From Selaginella moellendorffii (taxonomy: Eukaryota > Plantae > Lycopodiophyta): a stretch of DNA of 64,000 bases. Where the stretch lies: contig NW_003314283.1 in assembly GCF_000143415.4 (NCBI RefSeq), positions 670,822 to 734,821 on the forward strand. The letters are read 5' to 3'. Below, in pieces: positions 1-12,500 of the stretch (the first letter of the stretch is position 1; every line of letters starts with the position of its first letter). The notes under the pieces were generated by a model. It searched no databases and was not told where the DNA came from. It worked only from the letters and a program-made list of their open reading frames with translations. Made by a program: the position numbers and the translations under genes.

Positions 1-2
1 GG

Positions 3-344
3 GTGGGGCGCTGCATCACTGATGCAGAGGAGGACGCAGAAACTAACTCCTTCAATGTAACTGTGGAGTGGTTCAAGCCAAGTTCTGGATATACGAAGGA
101 TTGCCTAGAAAAGAGATGGGTGCTGAATCCAAGGGATCCCAGCATGAGCATATCAGTGGATAATGTTGTGTATGGTTGGATGCGGAAGCAGAGTGCCACC
201 ATCACCTTGCCAGACCATGCAAGAGATGCAGCAAGAGCATTCATAACCCGGGTTCAAGGTGAGATTCATTAATATTCCTTTATTAAGTTTCTAATGTATT
301 TTATTTCAAGATGAACAGTCCGAATCTGAATCAGAGGAGGCGTG
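3..344 (+). other. 3' fragment of an unidentified spliced coding sequence, possibly transposon-borne
   Basis: ORF 3-272 is open from the window edge. A probable donor (CAAG|GTGAG ~259) and acceptor (TTTCAAG ~310) add an acidic tail DEQSESESEEA*. No family recognised. Confidence 0.3.
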
Positions 345-1362
345 ATGGCATGTGGCCTTACGCCATTCCTAGGTGAGATGTTACAAATAACAAGTATAAA
401 TTCTTAGTTGTTCTAGCAAATCTTACTTAAAGTTTAAGGTGAACAAGCCGAATATGAATTCATCGGATTGTTATAACAAATTGCGAGGTGATGGCATGAG
501 GCGATACGCCATTTGAGAGTGGTAGCCATTCCTATATGAGGTGAGTGAAATATTTATTAGAAATACCTCATTCAATTGTGCACTTCTAAGTCTTGGTCCA
601 CTCAGTACTGTTTGCATGTTTTTATTTTAATTCTTTCTCTAAAATGTTATTTAGCATGTGGCTTCATGCCATTGCTCTCCACAATCATGCATTGAATTTT
701 TCTATCCTTGCATAATACTTCTCCATATATATAGCATGTGCGCACATGTGATATGGTTCATTAGGCCTGATATAGTGTGTGAGGTAAAACAAAGATGATG
801 TGACATATGCATTTACCAATCACACGTGCATAAATCTAATAATATGGCGTATGGCCCATATTAATGGCACATAAACCCATATTGTGGGCTTACATGCTTT
901 ATGTACCATCATTCCCTTGCAGCGTGTGTGTTGGTTTCCTTTTATAATACAACGAACTCCATATTTTAGGGTGAAGAGCGTTCTCATGGCAAGCACAAAA
1001 TCTGTAAGTGAGGCAGAAAAGGAGACGGAGAAGGAGATAGGTGAAGATGTAGAATATATAAGTCTTCCAAACTCCCCGTACTATACTCCAGGTGATCATT
1101 TTTCTGAACAAACGGCAACATTAACAACTATCGAGAACGCCCCAGTAACGTCAGAGACAACAATCCAAAGCAAAACAACTGACCCGGAGAAGGATGATAG
1201 TACCGCTGAGAGTACCAAAAAGGAGGTGTCCACTAGCGCTTAGGCTTATAATGGCGTGTGCCCTCATGCCATTTACTTGATCACCAAATACCTTTTTCCC
1301 TTTGCACTAGTATATCTTAATACCAGTCTGAGAAATAGAATGGCATATGCCCTCAGGCCTTT
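345..1362. repeat. Dispersed ~22-bp imperfect palindrome family (ATGGCRT-N8-AYGCCAT)
   Basis: Copies at ~345, 491, 655, 844, 1250 and 1339, e.g. atggcatgtggccttacgccat, atggcatgaggcgatacgccat, aatggcgtgtgccctcatgccatt. Confidence 0.7.
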
Positions 1363-1903
1363 TACTAAATCACCTTTGAAAGAAATGCAAGCCTCTATGT
1401 CGTAAAAAAAAGGTACTAGAGAAATTCTTTAATAATATGAATGTTATTTAGTTTCATGAAAATACACTAAGGGTCAAATGAGTTAAATGACTTCTCCAGA
1501 CTAACAATGCCTCTTGCTACACCTTCACAATTAGATTCATTAGAAAAAGATAACATTGAATAATATCTAAATGTTCTCACCATTAAGTTATATGTCTGGC
1601 TAATAGGAATGACGTTCATCTTGGAAAGCTCACCACACGCTCAATGAACAAACAAATAGTGTGTGCGCGCATGCCATCGCTCTTCTTTAGCTTCAGATTC
1701 GGCTTGTTCACCTTGACAATGAGATTTATTATACAACCAGATGGACACAGTCTGGACATAAAGTCACCGCGCTAGTCACCATGCCCCAGATATATCTAGC
1801 CCCTGGACAAAAAACATATAATTTCACGTCATTTTCAAATACTTGAAAATTTGTACCTAGTCCCATTTTACTGAATAAATCCCACTTTAACGAAATAGAG
1901 CTT

Positions 1904-1998
1904 AATACCGACCTCCTGCCATCGTGGCAGTAAGGTAAGAGTGTCCGTAAGGACTGGTCGACAGGTAACTTTCGATACCCGAAGTCACATGCACGACA
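1904..1998 (-). repeat. Recognisable part of the 3' LTR
   Basis: Matches 8637-8731 with 3 mismatches in 95 bp and directly abuts the PPT. Confidence 0.85.
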
Positions 1999-2010
1999 CT
2001 CTCCCCCCCT
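1999..2010 (-). promoter_or_regulatory. Polypurine tract
   Basis: ctctccccccct on + reads AGGGGGGGAGAG on -, immediately 5' of the LTR-initiating TG. Confidence 0.85.
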
Positions 2011-2268
2011 AGGGAAGATCGACGTCCTCGTCGATATGAGACACAAAATCCCTAGGCCCCAAAGTGGAGCCGGAAAGGGTGCCACGTGGTAGTGGCCGAA
2101 GCGAAAGCCAAACGAGCATAACACGTTTGGACTAAAAGCTCCGACTTGGAAGGTCGAAAGCGGGAGTGGAACTCCCAACAAAGTGCTCGAGGAGCAAGCA
2201 CGAGACAACCAATAAGAAAGGCTCCAAAAAGGGACCCAAAAAGGACCAACACATGACACATGGAAGTG

Positions 2269-2394
2269 TCCGAGATGGAGTCCGAGGCGGACCCGAGTTG
2301 GAGTCCGAGATAGACCCGAGATGGAGTCCGAGATGGACTGAGACGGAGTCCGAGATGGACCCGAGATGGAGTCTGAGGTCGAGACCGAGACCGG

Positions 2395-2429
<35 letters not shown>

Positions 2430-2500
2430 GGACCGAGACCGAGACAAGGGCCAAGGCCGAGACCGAGCCCGAGTCCAAGTCCAAGTCCGAATTCGAGTCT
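2269..2500. repeat. Tandem 6/12-bp repeat (GAGACC and CCGAGATGGAGT variants) inside the retroelement
   Basis: Runs of gagacc and ccgagatggagt are directly visible; they generate low-complexity ORFs in several frames. Confidence 0.9.
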
Positions 2501-5479
2501 GAGAGGGTGAAAGCCCAAAGCGTTCGTCTCCCAGACCCTGGGGGGTTTGGTGAGCTCCAAAAGTATAGTAAGGGGGAGGACTACAGTGGAGCCAATTTGG
2601 CCAGGAAAGGCCAGTTTGGCCCAGGAAGGCCGGACCCAGTGTTGGGTGATGAGCTGCCCACTGGGAAGTCCAAGACTAGAGTGAACACAGACCAACAAGC
2701 GGGGTAGCTTGGTGAAGTGTTCAAGAGCCGGCTCTAGTTCCCCCGGGAGATCGTCTGGCCGATGCTCCCAATCCAAGTGTGGGTGGCACTACCTACTTGG
2801 ATACCTGGTGTGGCTCAACGGAACCTCGCTCTAAGCCCATGGCTAGAGCACCCAAAGGCAGAAGGCAAGGAGAGTACCCATGAGGCCCACGTAGGGCCAC
2901 GGTGTTCCGAAATGTTGTCCCAAAGGCCCAGACTGTGGAAAGGAGGAGGAGTAATCCTCTAGTGTAGTGACCAAGGATACAGTCGAGTGGTGAGGAAGTC
3001 CCAGAGGACCATGGGACTTAGTGGTCGGGCCTGTGGGCCTCGATCTAGTGGCAGTGTTGGCAAACACGGCCATGGGTAGAAAGGGACTTGGTGAAGACCG
3101 GAAAAGGGATATTGGGGAAGGCTATTCCCCATGTCTGTGGGCATCCTAAGGATGCTAAGGAGTGGATCTGGAATGATCACTCATGGATGGATGGCTCAGT
3201 CCTTGAGAGATTGGACTGTGATGCAGGTGGTGTTAGTCCACCGGTGTGACCAAGGTAAAGGGGCATGGCCTTAGCGTAACGGGCTGAGATGTCAGTGGTG
3301 CCTTGGGGTGTCGGTCATGGGATCGGACACGTGGAGCACTTGGATCAAGTGTATAGGTTGAGTGGCGGGGATGCCATTCTCAGGGCTAGCAAGCCCAAGT
3401 CTGAAATAGGACTTATGGAGGTTGTGAGTGAGACTCCTCCAAGTGGTCGGAGGTGTGGTTAAGTGACTAAAGTAAAATGGAAAATTTAGTCGCTTACAGT
3501 CGATGCATACTCGAGTCTAGAATACCGCCAAGGAAACAACTCTAGAAAAAGTTCACGGTATTCACACTATGTGAAAAATGCACCAACTTAAATGAGTTAG
3601 GGGGCAACCTCTTTGTCTAACGCGGATGCGCTACCAGCTCAGACACCTTCCGGCCGTCACCGACAAAGAAATGACCAACGGAGTCAGCCACCCTTGCTGC
3701 TCTGGGAGTCACCCAGCTTACAAAAGTGTGATATGCCCTGCCCGCAGAGACATAGAGAGAGAAGCCAGAGGCCCCAACCCTCCTGAGCAAAAAAACCAAA
3801 CCCGTCGGTAAGGTTTAGATAGACTACTGTAAACAGGCAGTTAGAGTTGTTTACACGATCACGCCCTTTCATGGAATAAGGAACATCGACAGAGAGGCGA
3901 GTGATGTGACCAGTCGACAGTAGCTACCCCATGACTAGAGATTTCAACATGCACACGAAGTGCCGAAGCCATTCTGCCTATACTGGCCCAAACTCAAAGA
4001 TCAATAGATGGACAATATCAAAGTCATAAACAATGATATCTTAGAAACTTAATTATCAGTGAATATATCTTAGATTAGAACACAAAAGTATTCCAAGCAA
4101 GTTATCACCCGATAAACCAGTATAAGAGTGTAGGAACCACCAAGATCATCATAAGTGGTAAATATAGAATTCACCATCAAACAAAATTCAATAGCAAGTA
4201 TATCATCAAGTAAACTCAATGATAAAGTTTAACTATTAAAGATTGTAGATAGAATGCCAAACAACTTACGAAAGATAATCCAAAGAACACAAAGTATCAT
4301 TGACTGACAAGCAAAATGCTCGCGAATGTATTACCCAAAGGAAAGAACATCCAAATCTATCAAAACTAACTCAAGCAACAATCAACAAAAGAGAATGAAT
4401 GCGGTAAGACCAACAAACACTCATTCCTGCCAACTATCACAAAAGCCAATCTGAATAGATCCCAGCCAACAATACCAAGGAACTCAAGTTGCCTAAACAA
4501 GTGTCAGCAACATCCTACTGATGTTTCAAACCCAAGAGACCAATCCAGAGCAAACCACAAAGAACATGTGGTATTGCGAAAAGCCAAAAGCTATCAAAGA
4601 GAATAACTAGCCATCATGAAAGATCATCAATTATCCCATCAAAAAGATATGCCAAATCATCATCAAGTAAGAATTTACTATTCCGAAGAATAACAAATAA
4701 TTCCAGACCAACAATAATCAAGCAAAACGTTTTGACAAGGATAATCAATTCCTAGATGATAGTCAATCATCACCAATGATTGCCAGATGCAAAAGCCAAC
4801 TTCAATATTGAAGCTAATGAGCCATAATGCCTTCCCCAACAACTTCTAACAAATGGACCACAAGCATGAAAACTCAAGGAACCAAAAGCTCGAAGAAGTC
4901 TATAGCCAAGTCTTTCCTAACAATGATCACAAGTCTCGCATGAACTAACTTCAATGCTAAGAAGAAATCATGATGCAACATCCGGTAAAGCAAACCTATC
5001 ACTGCTAAATCATCATCAAGTGAAACAAATGTTAACAGTCCTTGACAAAGTCTACAAGCAATCACTAGTTGCAAAACAACCAACAATCACTTATCTTGTC
5101 TTTTAAAAGACCCAAACATTAACTCATGCCATTGAGTTACACACTTGTCCAACATGAACGTAATACCCCAAATATGAGATAAAAGTTCATAGACAAGCAC
5201 AAACCAAATGACCACTCAAATCCAACTCAACCACAATAAGCTCACCAAAGCATTTAGCTAATAGCTCTGAGCATGCCTTGAAGAGGCTAGCTATGCATGA
5301 TCAACACTCAGTTGAAACTAAAGTGAAGACCATGAGATGGATCCATATCGGTACACAACCTCCACTTAAACAAAGCTATAGTATGGGTACTAACATCTCA
5401 ACTACAAACAACTAAGTTGGACATCACCATCCTCAGCCAAGGCGCAGGGCCACCAAGACCAAGTCAAGATTAGTGAGAG

Positions 5480-6120
5480 CTCACTACTCTCATAGAGTCT
5501 AATGAAATGCAAAGTGCAACCTGCTACCAAGCATAACGCTACAAAAAAAAGGCACAAGGGTCACCTTTCTAGAAAAGTGCAACGGCCACTTTTCTACACT
5601 AACTCTAGACTCTATCCAACTCAATTGCCTTAGCCCCAAAAGTTAGCATCCCTTTTGGGCTGCATCATATAAACTATCTACTAAGGTGTAAGCCAACCAA
5701 AGTTAACTCCAACCCCTTCACTAGTTTGTACTGGCTTACGAAAACGGAATGGTTTTCGAGCAAAGTGACCAACAGATCAGCCATTGGAAAAGTCTAAGAA
5801 AATTTGTGGAAAATTTTCCAATCCTAGAGAAAGAATGACTCTCAGTCTAGGAATGCAAACTTTCAAGACTCAACCAACTTCCTCCTACTAACAGGCTTCA
5901 CATAGGTTCACCTCAACACAAATTCTCATGACCTATAGTATGCTTAAGCCTTGAATATCTTTTTGCCCATTTTTTCGACATCCAACACCGACATCCGTAA
6001 AAATGCAAATGGAACATCCAAGGCTTGATCACGAAGACCACATCTTCGGATATCCACATTGCACTAACACTCTTCTTCAACCACCTTCAAGATCCAATGT
6101 GAAGCCCAAACACTAACAAG
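5480..6120 (-). pseudogene. Highly decayed reverse transcriptase / RNase H remnant
   Basis: Minus-strand translations GFTLDLEGG (cf. FSxLDLxSGY), SLGLENFPQIFLDFS (cf. FLGLxxYYRRFIxxFS) and GRCTFLER (cf. RPxAFxSR) occur in Gypsy RT-RH order, with many stops. Confidence 0.45.
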
Positions 6121-7578
6121 AAAAATGACATAGAAAATCAAGCTTTAAGGAAAATTCCTCATCACTCGAAATAACAATACCACTTCCACTAACACAAGTG
6201 CTAGTGATGTCAATGCCCCAACTACACTTCTCCATCCAACAATCTACTCCAAGTGTTAACGGATCAACTAATGAGCTATAGCAACTAAATGCTACAACCC
6301 TTTTCCAACACCTTAGTGGGCAAACTCAAGGAAACAAGGAACCAACTTAAGCTTAGCATAATGGACCACCAACGAGAATCCAATCAAAGCTACTACAATG
6401 CTACTTTATGCAAGTAGACTAGCTTCACCATTAACCACTTTGGGGTTGATCATCGCTTAACTAAGCAACTTCATAAACACATTGCTCATTATCACATGGA
6501 TATGATATAGAAATCATAATGACTTGATCATCAATTGAGCAACACCACAAGCGATGTTTATGTCATTACTTTAAAGGTTTATGTGAGTATCAAGTGCAAA
6601 CTCGATTCGACAAAATGCTACATAAATGCCACACTCCACCGATAGAGATTTACAACACCTAACACCACTAACTTTTGTTCACAACACAGACAAACTTATG
6701 CCACTCTCTTTCCGACCAAACTCAAAACTTAACCCAACACCAAGCTACTCAAGGAGCAATAGCTAGGTTCCCCGGAAAAGAATTGAGCATTGTAACCCAA
6801 GTCTTCCAATAGTGAGCCTAGACACAATGGTTTAGTGTTTCACCGCTATCCATCCTATAACTCACCACTTGTAAGACCATCATCTCCAACATGCATCAAG
6901 ATAGGGACTCTTGATTGCATGATGTGAACATGAGCAATGAGTCACCCCTCGTTGCAAATCATCTCTCCAAGAAGAGAAGATGATTTACGTGTTTGATCCT
7001 TCGTCCCCGACGACTCTCTTTTCAGTCTTATCTTTTGACTACACCTCAAGCTTGCTTTCGCACTGCCTTCAGTCCAATCCAAGAAAAGTTTATGAGAGAG
7101 CACAGCAATGATTACTTGAACCAATAGACTAATCCCTACAGTCTTGACTGATCCACTTGTAACCATGCCTAAGAAGGATCCACTAGTGCCGTGCTAAACA
7201 GTTACGAACCAGCCTATTTGCCACTCATAGCAAACCTAGGGAAGGTTTGCTTTCACTCACGGTACATGGAACAACTCATGGAACCACCGATAGGCTAACA
7301 TTAATCCTGCCAACTCAAAGTGTAACCTCAAGTTGCTAATGCGCCTCACTCATGAGCCCAAGCTCAAACTCGTGCTAACGGAGCATCTCAAATCCATCCT
7401 ATGAGCCCAAGAGCAAGCTCACATTGTTAGGTACAAAAGGTAACCAAAACCATACCCAAGGAACAAATATGAACCCTTTGCACCAAACGTGTACCCACTC
7501 GGATCATCGTTTTCATCTTTGCGTATGCAACGAGACTAGTTGCCCAATCTCATTGTATAGTACTCGCTGAGACTCACT

Positions 7579-7589
7579 CTCTGATACCA
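7579..7589 (-). promoter_or_regulatory. Primer binding site for initiator tRNA-Met
   Basis: ctctgatacca on + is TGGTATCAGAG on -, 2 nt from the LTR-terminal CA. Confidence 0.9.
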
Positions 7590-7591
7590 AA

Positions 7592-8731
7592 TGTAGCGCA
7601 CGTGGTTTTGACCCTTTATCCTATGGTGATTTACCATAGGATAACACCACGAAGCGGAACCTAAACCCTCTTTGTGCCACGTGACAGATGCCACGTGTCA
7701 CATGCCACGTGTCCATAAGAACCCGAGGTTCAGGGCCTTGGGCCACTGAATAAAGGAACGGTGCCAAACTCCCAAGCATAGAGCCAAGGAGTGATGGAAC
7801 CGAACCACGGAGCAACTCCCAAGCATAAAGCCCAAGGAGCGAAGGGACAGGAGCCCGGAGCGACTTAGAACAGTCCTAGAGTAACCAGCATCCCAATGCC
7901 AGGACCAACATGCAAAACGGAGCCAAATGGAGTCTGGCGCTATTTCGGCATACCGGTGGCCTAACGCGAGGACATGGGTACTCCACCAACTAGCATGGAA
8001 TGGAGCTTGGGCTTAGACCCAAACCGGACGCAAAACAAGGACAGGCATGCAAGCGGGAGCTAGACTATGCCTCAGGTTGGTCGGCCATGCCCGACCTACC
8101 CACTATCCCTACTATACATTTGGAACCCCCCACAGCCCCCCGCCCCCCCCCTTGAGGAACACACGCTTTGGGCTTTCACCCCAAGCCTCCCTTAGTATCA
8201 GGAGTTAGTCTCTGGGACAAGCTCAAAACTTACTAAATATGGAATGTCCTTAGATTGTGAATTTGGACACGGGACGAACACCATTGTGTTCAGGACAATC
8301 TCTACATTCCGTAGATATACCAAATAAGCAAATCTAGACACTTTCCATAAATAGCATTTGGGACCGAAATTAGAATAACACAAAGGGCATGATAGCGAGG
8401 GTGTTTGGCAGACACGGTAAGCTATCATGTAGCAATATTGAGGGACCAATCTCAATACGCGAGGGTTCTTGTCAAGCCAGTGCAAGACAGAGCAAAAGAG
8501 AACTAAAAAGCCAGGCCAAGTATACTTGGCTGAATAGACACTTAGGAATTCCGTCCTTGTGCTCATCCGGCCAAGTACAGATGCAAAATCCAATTTACTA
8601 ACACTTAAACAAGAGGGGCTGATAAAAGGAACCAGCAATACCGACCTCCTGCCATCGTGGCAGTAAGGTAAGAGTGTCCGTAAGGACTGGTCGACAGGTA
8701 ACTTTTGATACCCGAAATCACATGCGCGACA
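7592..8731 (-). repeat. 5' LTR (1140 bp)
   Basis: Near-perfect terminal inverted repeats TGTAGCGCA / TGTCGCGCA, adjacent PBS, and terminal 95 bp shared with 1904-1998. Confidence 0.85.
7678..7711. promoter_or_regulatory. Three G-box/ABRE motifs (GCCACGTG) at 14-bp spacing in the LTR
   Basis: CACGTG at 7678, 7692 and 7706; perfect 12-bp-stem palindrome at 7616-7644 nearby. Function is inferred only. Confidence 0.55.
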
Positions 8732-9348
8732 TGCAGCCACTTGACAGCCTTACGTCAACTCGAAACACCTAGTTCCTACAAACGGAATTGATCCCGAGCA
8801 TGTGCTGAAACAAAAATCCCTCACCAGGCCCAGCAGCAAGGGATTCCTCGAGAGAATCCGGGGATGAAGAGGGAGTGTCCTTGATAATTGCTTTCCTGTA
8901 GGCCAAAGAGCTCGTGAGGCAGTGGAGAACAGGGATCAAAGCTTTGCTGAGTTGAAGATGAGCCAATTTGCCTCTCACAGTCTTGAGTTGATCCCGAGAG
9001 GAGCCTGGATTGTGTGCCCAACCACCATTCTACTCACCCCTGTTACTTACCACGCACAGGCTCTCACGGGAATGCCCACACAACCATGTCCGACCAGAGC
9101 AGCCATGGAGCCCTAGGAGTGCATGGCATAACACCTGTCACCACGCCCTCTTCCCTTCCTGGCCACGCGTGCATCCCGCCCATTGGCCACCACAACATTG
9201 AGCCGATATTCCTACTAACCATGGCCACCGGCCCTGGCCTGAGCCTGGGCTAACCTCCCCTTGCCGAGAACCATGGCTTCTGAGGCTGCCCTGGGCCTGG
9301 GATCGGACGGCTGCGGGGGTGTGGGTTCTTCATTCTTATTATTATAGA
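8732..9348 (-). mobile_element. Probable 5' terminal region of a second Helitron, cut off by the LTR element
   Basis: Minus strand begins TCTATAATAATAAG, like the neighbour's TCTACTACTATAAG. GC-rich 9130-9210 resembles 15245-15320. Confidence 0.55.
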
Positions 9349-9588
9349 CTAGTATTTGCCCAGCCAGTGCTGGGTAGTTGGCAAAGCCTCTCAAACTCAC
9401 CAATATCTTTGTGACAAAATTTGCTCACATTTCACAATTTCCTTGTGAGATGATTCCTCCATCTCTAGCACTAGTCCATTGCTATCCATTGGGCCATAGA
9501 GAAAGTTAAAACATAAACAAAGTTTATTATAGTTTGTTTTTATGTTTTAAGGTGTAGTAGGATAGGAGTTAGTTAATATAAAGCTTCT

Positions 9589-12500
9589 TTATATACAATA
9601 TTGATGGTGAATGTTGATGAATTGAATGGAATTAAACAACCTTGTGTGAGTTGTGTCAACTTGAATTGCAAGTTGTTGTGGTGATATGCATCTTGAGAGT
9701 GCAACATAAAGCTGCCCATAGCATAATCCAATTATTGGAGACATATTTCTCAGAAGAATAACTATACAACCTTCTTTTAGTATTAATTTGTGTGGTGGTA
9801 GTCCAGAGGGAGTAATAGAGTTTAGAAATTCAATTGGGAAATCTTCAAAGTGTTCAACATCAACAAAGTCAATGCTAATATAAATTTGAGGTGGACCTGG
9901 TAATTGAGAGATGATGTTGTTGTTAATTGGAAATGTATCATCATTGAAAGGTGTTAAAATGGCTCTATTTGCTGCAATTTGAACATTTAAAATGTCTTCG
10001 ATACATAGGAATACGAAATTAGTAATAAAGGTACTTCTAATTAGTTCTGAAGGAAAAAGGATAAAATCAAGTGGTAAAATAGGGTTTTGTGTGTAATTAT
10101 TTCCATCACTAACTTTCAATAGCTATTCTGCCCAGTCTGGGAACTTGGGGCCAAGCTGCATATTTGTTTGCAATTGGAACTTTCTAAATAGATTTCATAG
10201 ACTATTCATTCTTATAAATGTGGAAACAATTTATGCTTAATGATTGTGTGGGACAACTGGTAATGTTTGACAGAAGTCACCACTTGTAACAATAACAATG
10301 CCATCGAATGGAGAATTGTTTCGTTTCAAGTCTCGTAGGTAGCGGTCGATAGCTGAAAAGGCAAGTGTATAAACCATATTAATTTCATCCCAAATAAGCA
10401 CTTGTATTGCTTTCATAAATCTGCTGGCACTATTATTAGGTGTTAAACCAAAAACAGATGTATCATTAATTATAACTGGTAACTTAAAGGTTGCATGGGA
10501 CATTTGTCCATTGTGTAGTAATGTGCAATGCCATACAAACCATTTTTTTATTGTAGAACTCAAAATATTTTACCATTGTACTTAATAAATATGTTTTGTC
10601 AATACCGCCAGGGCTATCAATAAAAATAAAACGGTTGGTATCGGTCGGGCACTTGACAATGGTAACAATTTAATTAAATATAGCTAATTGTTCAACATTC
10701 ATGTTTCTAATATGATGGTAAATTTTTATATATGAATGGTTGTAGTTTAGTATTGGTTGAATAGAGGTATTTAGGATTGGGATAGGTAAGTTGTATAATT
10801 GGTTTGTTTTACTATGTATTTTCATTCTTGAGTTAATGTCTATTAAAGCAAGTTTATATTGGCATACAATATTTGTTCTCCCAAAATCTTCAGAGAGCTG
10901 ATCCTTAAAAATATCCTAAAGATATAATGGGTCTTGTGGATTGCAAAAAATATATATGAAAGTAAAAAGTTGATGCAATTGTGTAGGCATTTGAAAATTG
11001 CATGATTCTTGTAAACAGTTACCACTCATTATCATCATCAAGAAGACCCATAGCAATAGCAACTTATTAAAAGCTTTAGTAAGTTATATCATTAATTATT
11101 TTAATATTGTCGAAGGATGTCACACCTCTTTTATGAAGAAGAATATTATATAAGTGGTACAACTCAGTATTTAGAGGAGATACTGAGTATAGTCAAGGAA
11201 TAACTTTTTTTTTTCTCAACATTACCATACATTAGCAAATTTATTGAAAACATAATGTAAAGGTATTTCAACAAAGGTATATTGTCTTGCATTCGGATAA
11301 TAAATATTGAGTTCAAACCATTTTGTTAGCATTGTTCCATTATGTGCTGCTCTTTGCAAGGCATTGTGCTCCGAGCCTTTTGTAAAATACATATTTTGGA
11401 AGTCAGGAAGATGTACGGGTAGACGTATTATAGGGTGTGAATGTTCATGCATTTTAAATCTAAATATCCTCCAAATAACTTCCGATGTTGAAATGTATCG
11501 GGTATTTATAAAATTTGTGATTTCATCACAATTTAATATATTTTCAGATTGAGTAGCTGTTTGGATTTCAATGGTTGCACAATTATATCCTTTATAAACA
11601 TATTGAAAAAGATACTTAATACTTTTAATTGATGCACATATTTCTACATTTATATGGGCTTTGTATTTTTTACATAAATATTTATTATATGGGACAATCC
11701 ATCTGTTATCAATTGGAATATCATTTTTAAGGAAGGTGTGACTATTGTTTGGCTTAAAATATTCTGGGTACCCATCGACACAATATGTAGTTCCGTCATT
11801 GAAGTTTTTGGGATAGTTTTTGGAGCATTCTTTATTTTCCATACATGGACTTTGAGGATTTAGTAATCCACATGGACTATATATCATATGTGATGTGATT
11901 ATTTCAAATAATTCGGGCTTTGATAAAAGGTCAAGTAATTGAGCAGATACATATTGGTCAATAGTGTCACGGTCTTTAATTTTACTTTCATTGTATAATA
12001 TGCCTAAGAAATGACAATGTGGCAAACCTTTTTTTTGGAACTCAATGACACATATAAATGCAATACATCTTCCAAAGATATTATTTTGTGTAATATCATG
12101 AAGAAAATATTTTAGCTTCATGTTAAAAACCCTAGCAACTAAATCAGGTCGGTGTTCAGATCCTTCATTAGGGTGTAGATTTTATAATATCTGAAGCTAT
12201 TTAAGGTTGCAAGTGAAAGTTATGAAAATATCAAGTTTTGAGTATTTTGTTACAATTGCCATAACATCTTGGTAATTTTGTTGCATAGCTCTTGGGCTTC
12301 CTGTAAAAGTAAAAGGTAAAATAACAATTTTTCCTGATTGAGCATTTATATTAGCAGCTTTGCCAACAACATAATCCATTAAACCTGTATAAAAATCAAC
12401 TCTTATATTTTTTTGATTAGATCTATAATATTGATTTCAATTTTAACATAGGCATCTATAATATATTGTTGGGTGAGTTTTCCAATATGTAAAATTTGGT

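Larger units (their letters stand above)
1904..8731 (-). mobile_element. Degenerate LTR retrotransposon, probably Ty3/Gypsy, non-autonomous
   Basis: Minus-strand order: LTR 8731-7592 (TG...CA), PBS TGGTATCAGAG, decayed internal region, PPT AGGGGGGGAGAG, then 95 bp matching the LTR start. No intact gag-pol and no TSD found. Confidence 0.85.

Noticed and set aside
345-1362. CRISPR-like palindromic repeats
   Set aside because: Irregular spacing, degenerate units, eukaryotic context and no cas genes.
1729-2776. Long RS-, PR-, ET- and GL-repeat ORFs resembling SR proteins
   Set aside because: All are translations of the stop-free GAGACC tandem repeat inside the retroelement.
7579-7589. tRNA gene
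   Set aside because: Only an 11-nt complement to the tRNA 3' end (PBS); no cloverleaf.
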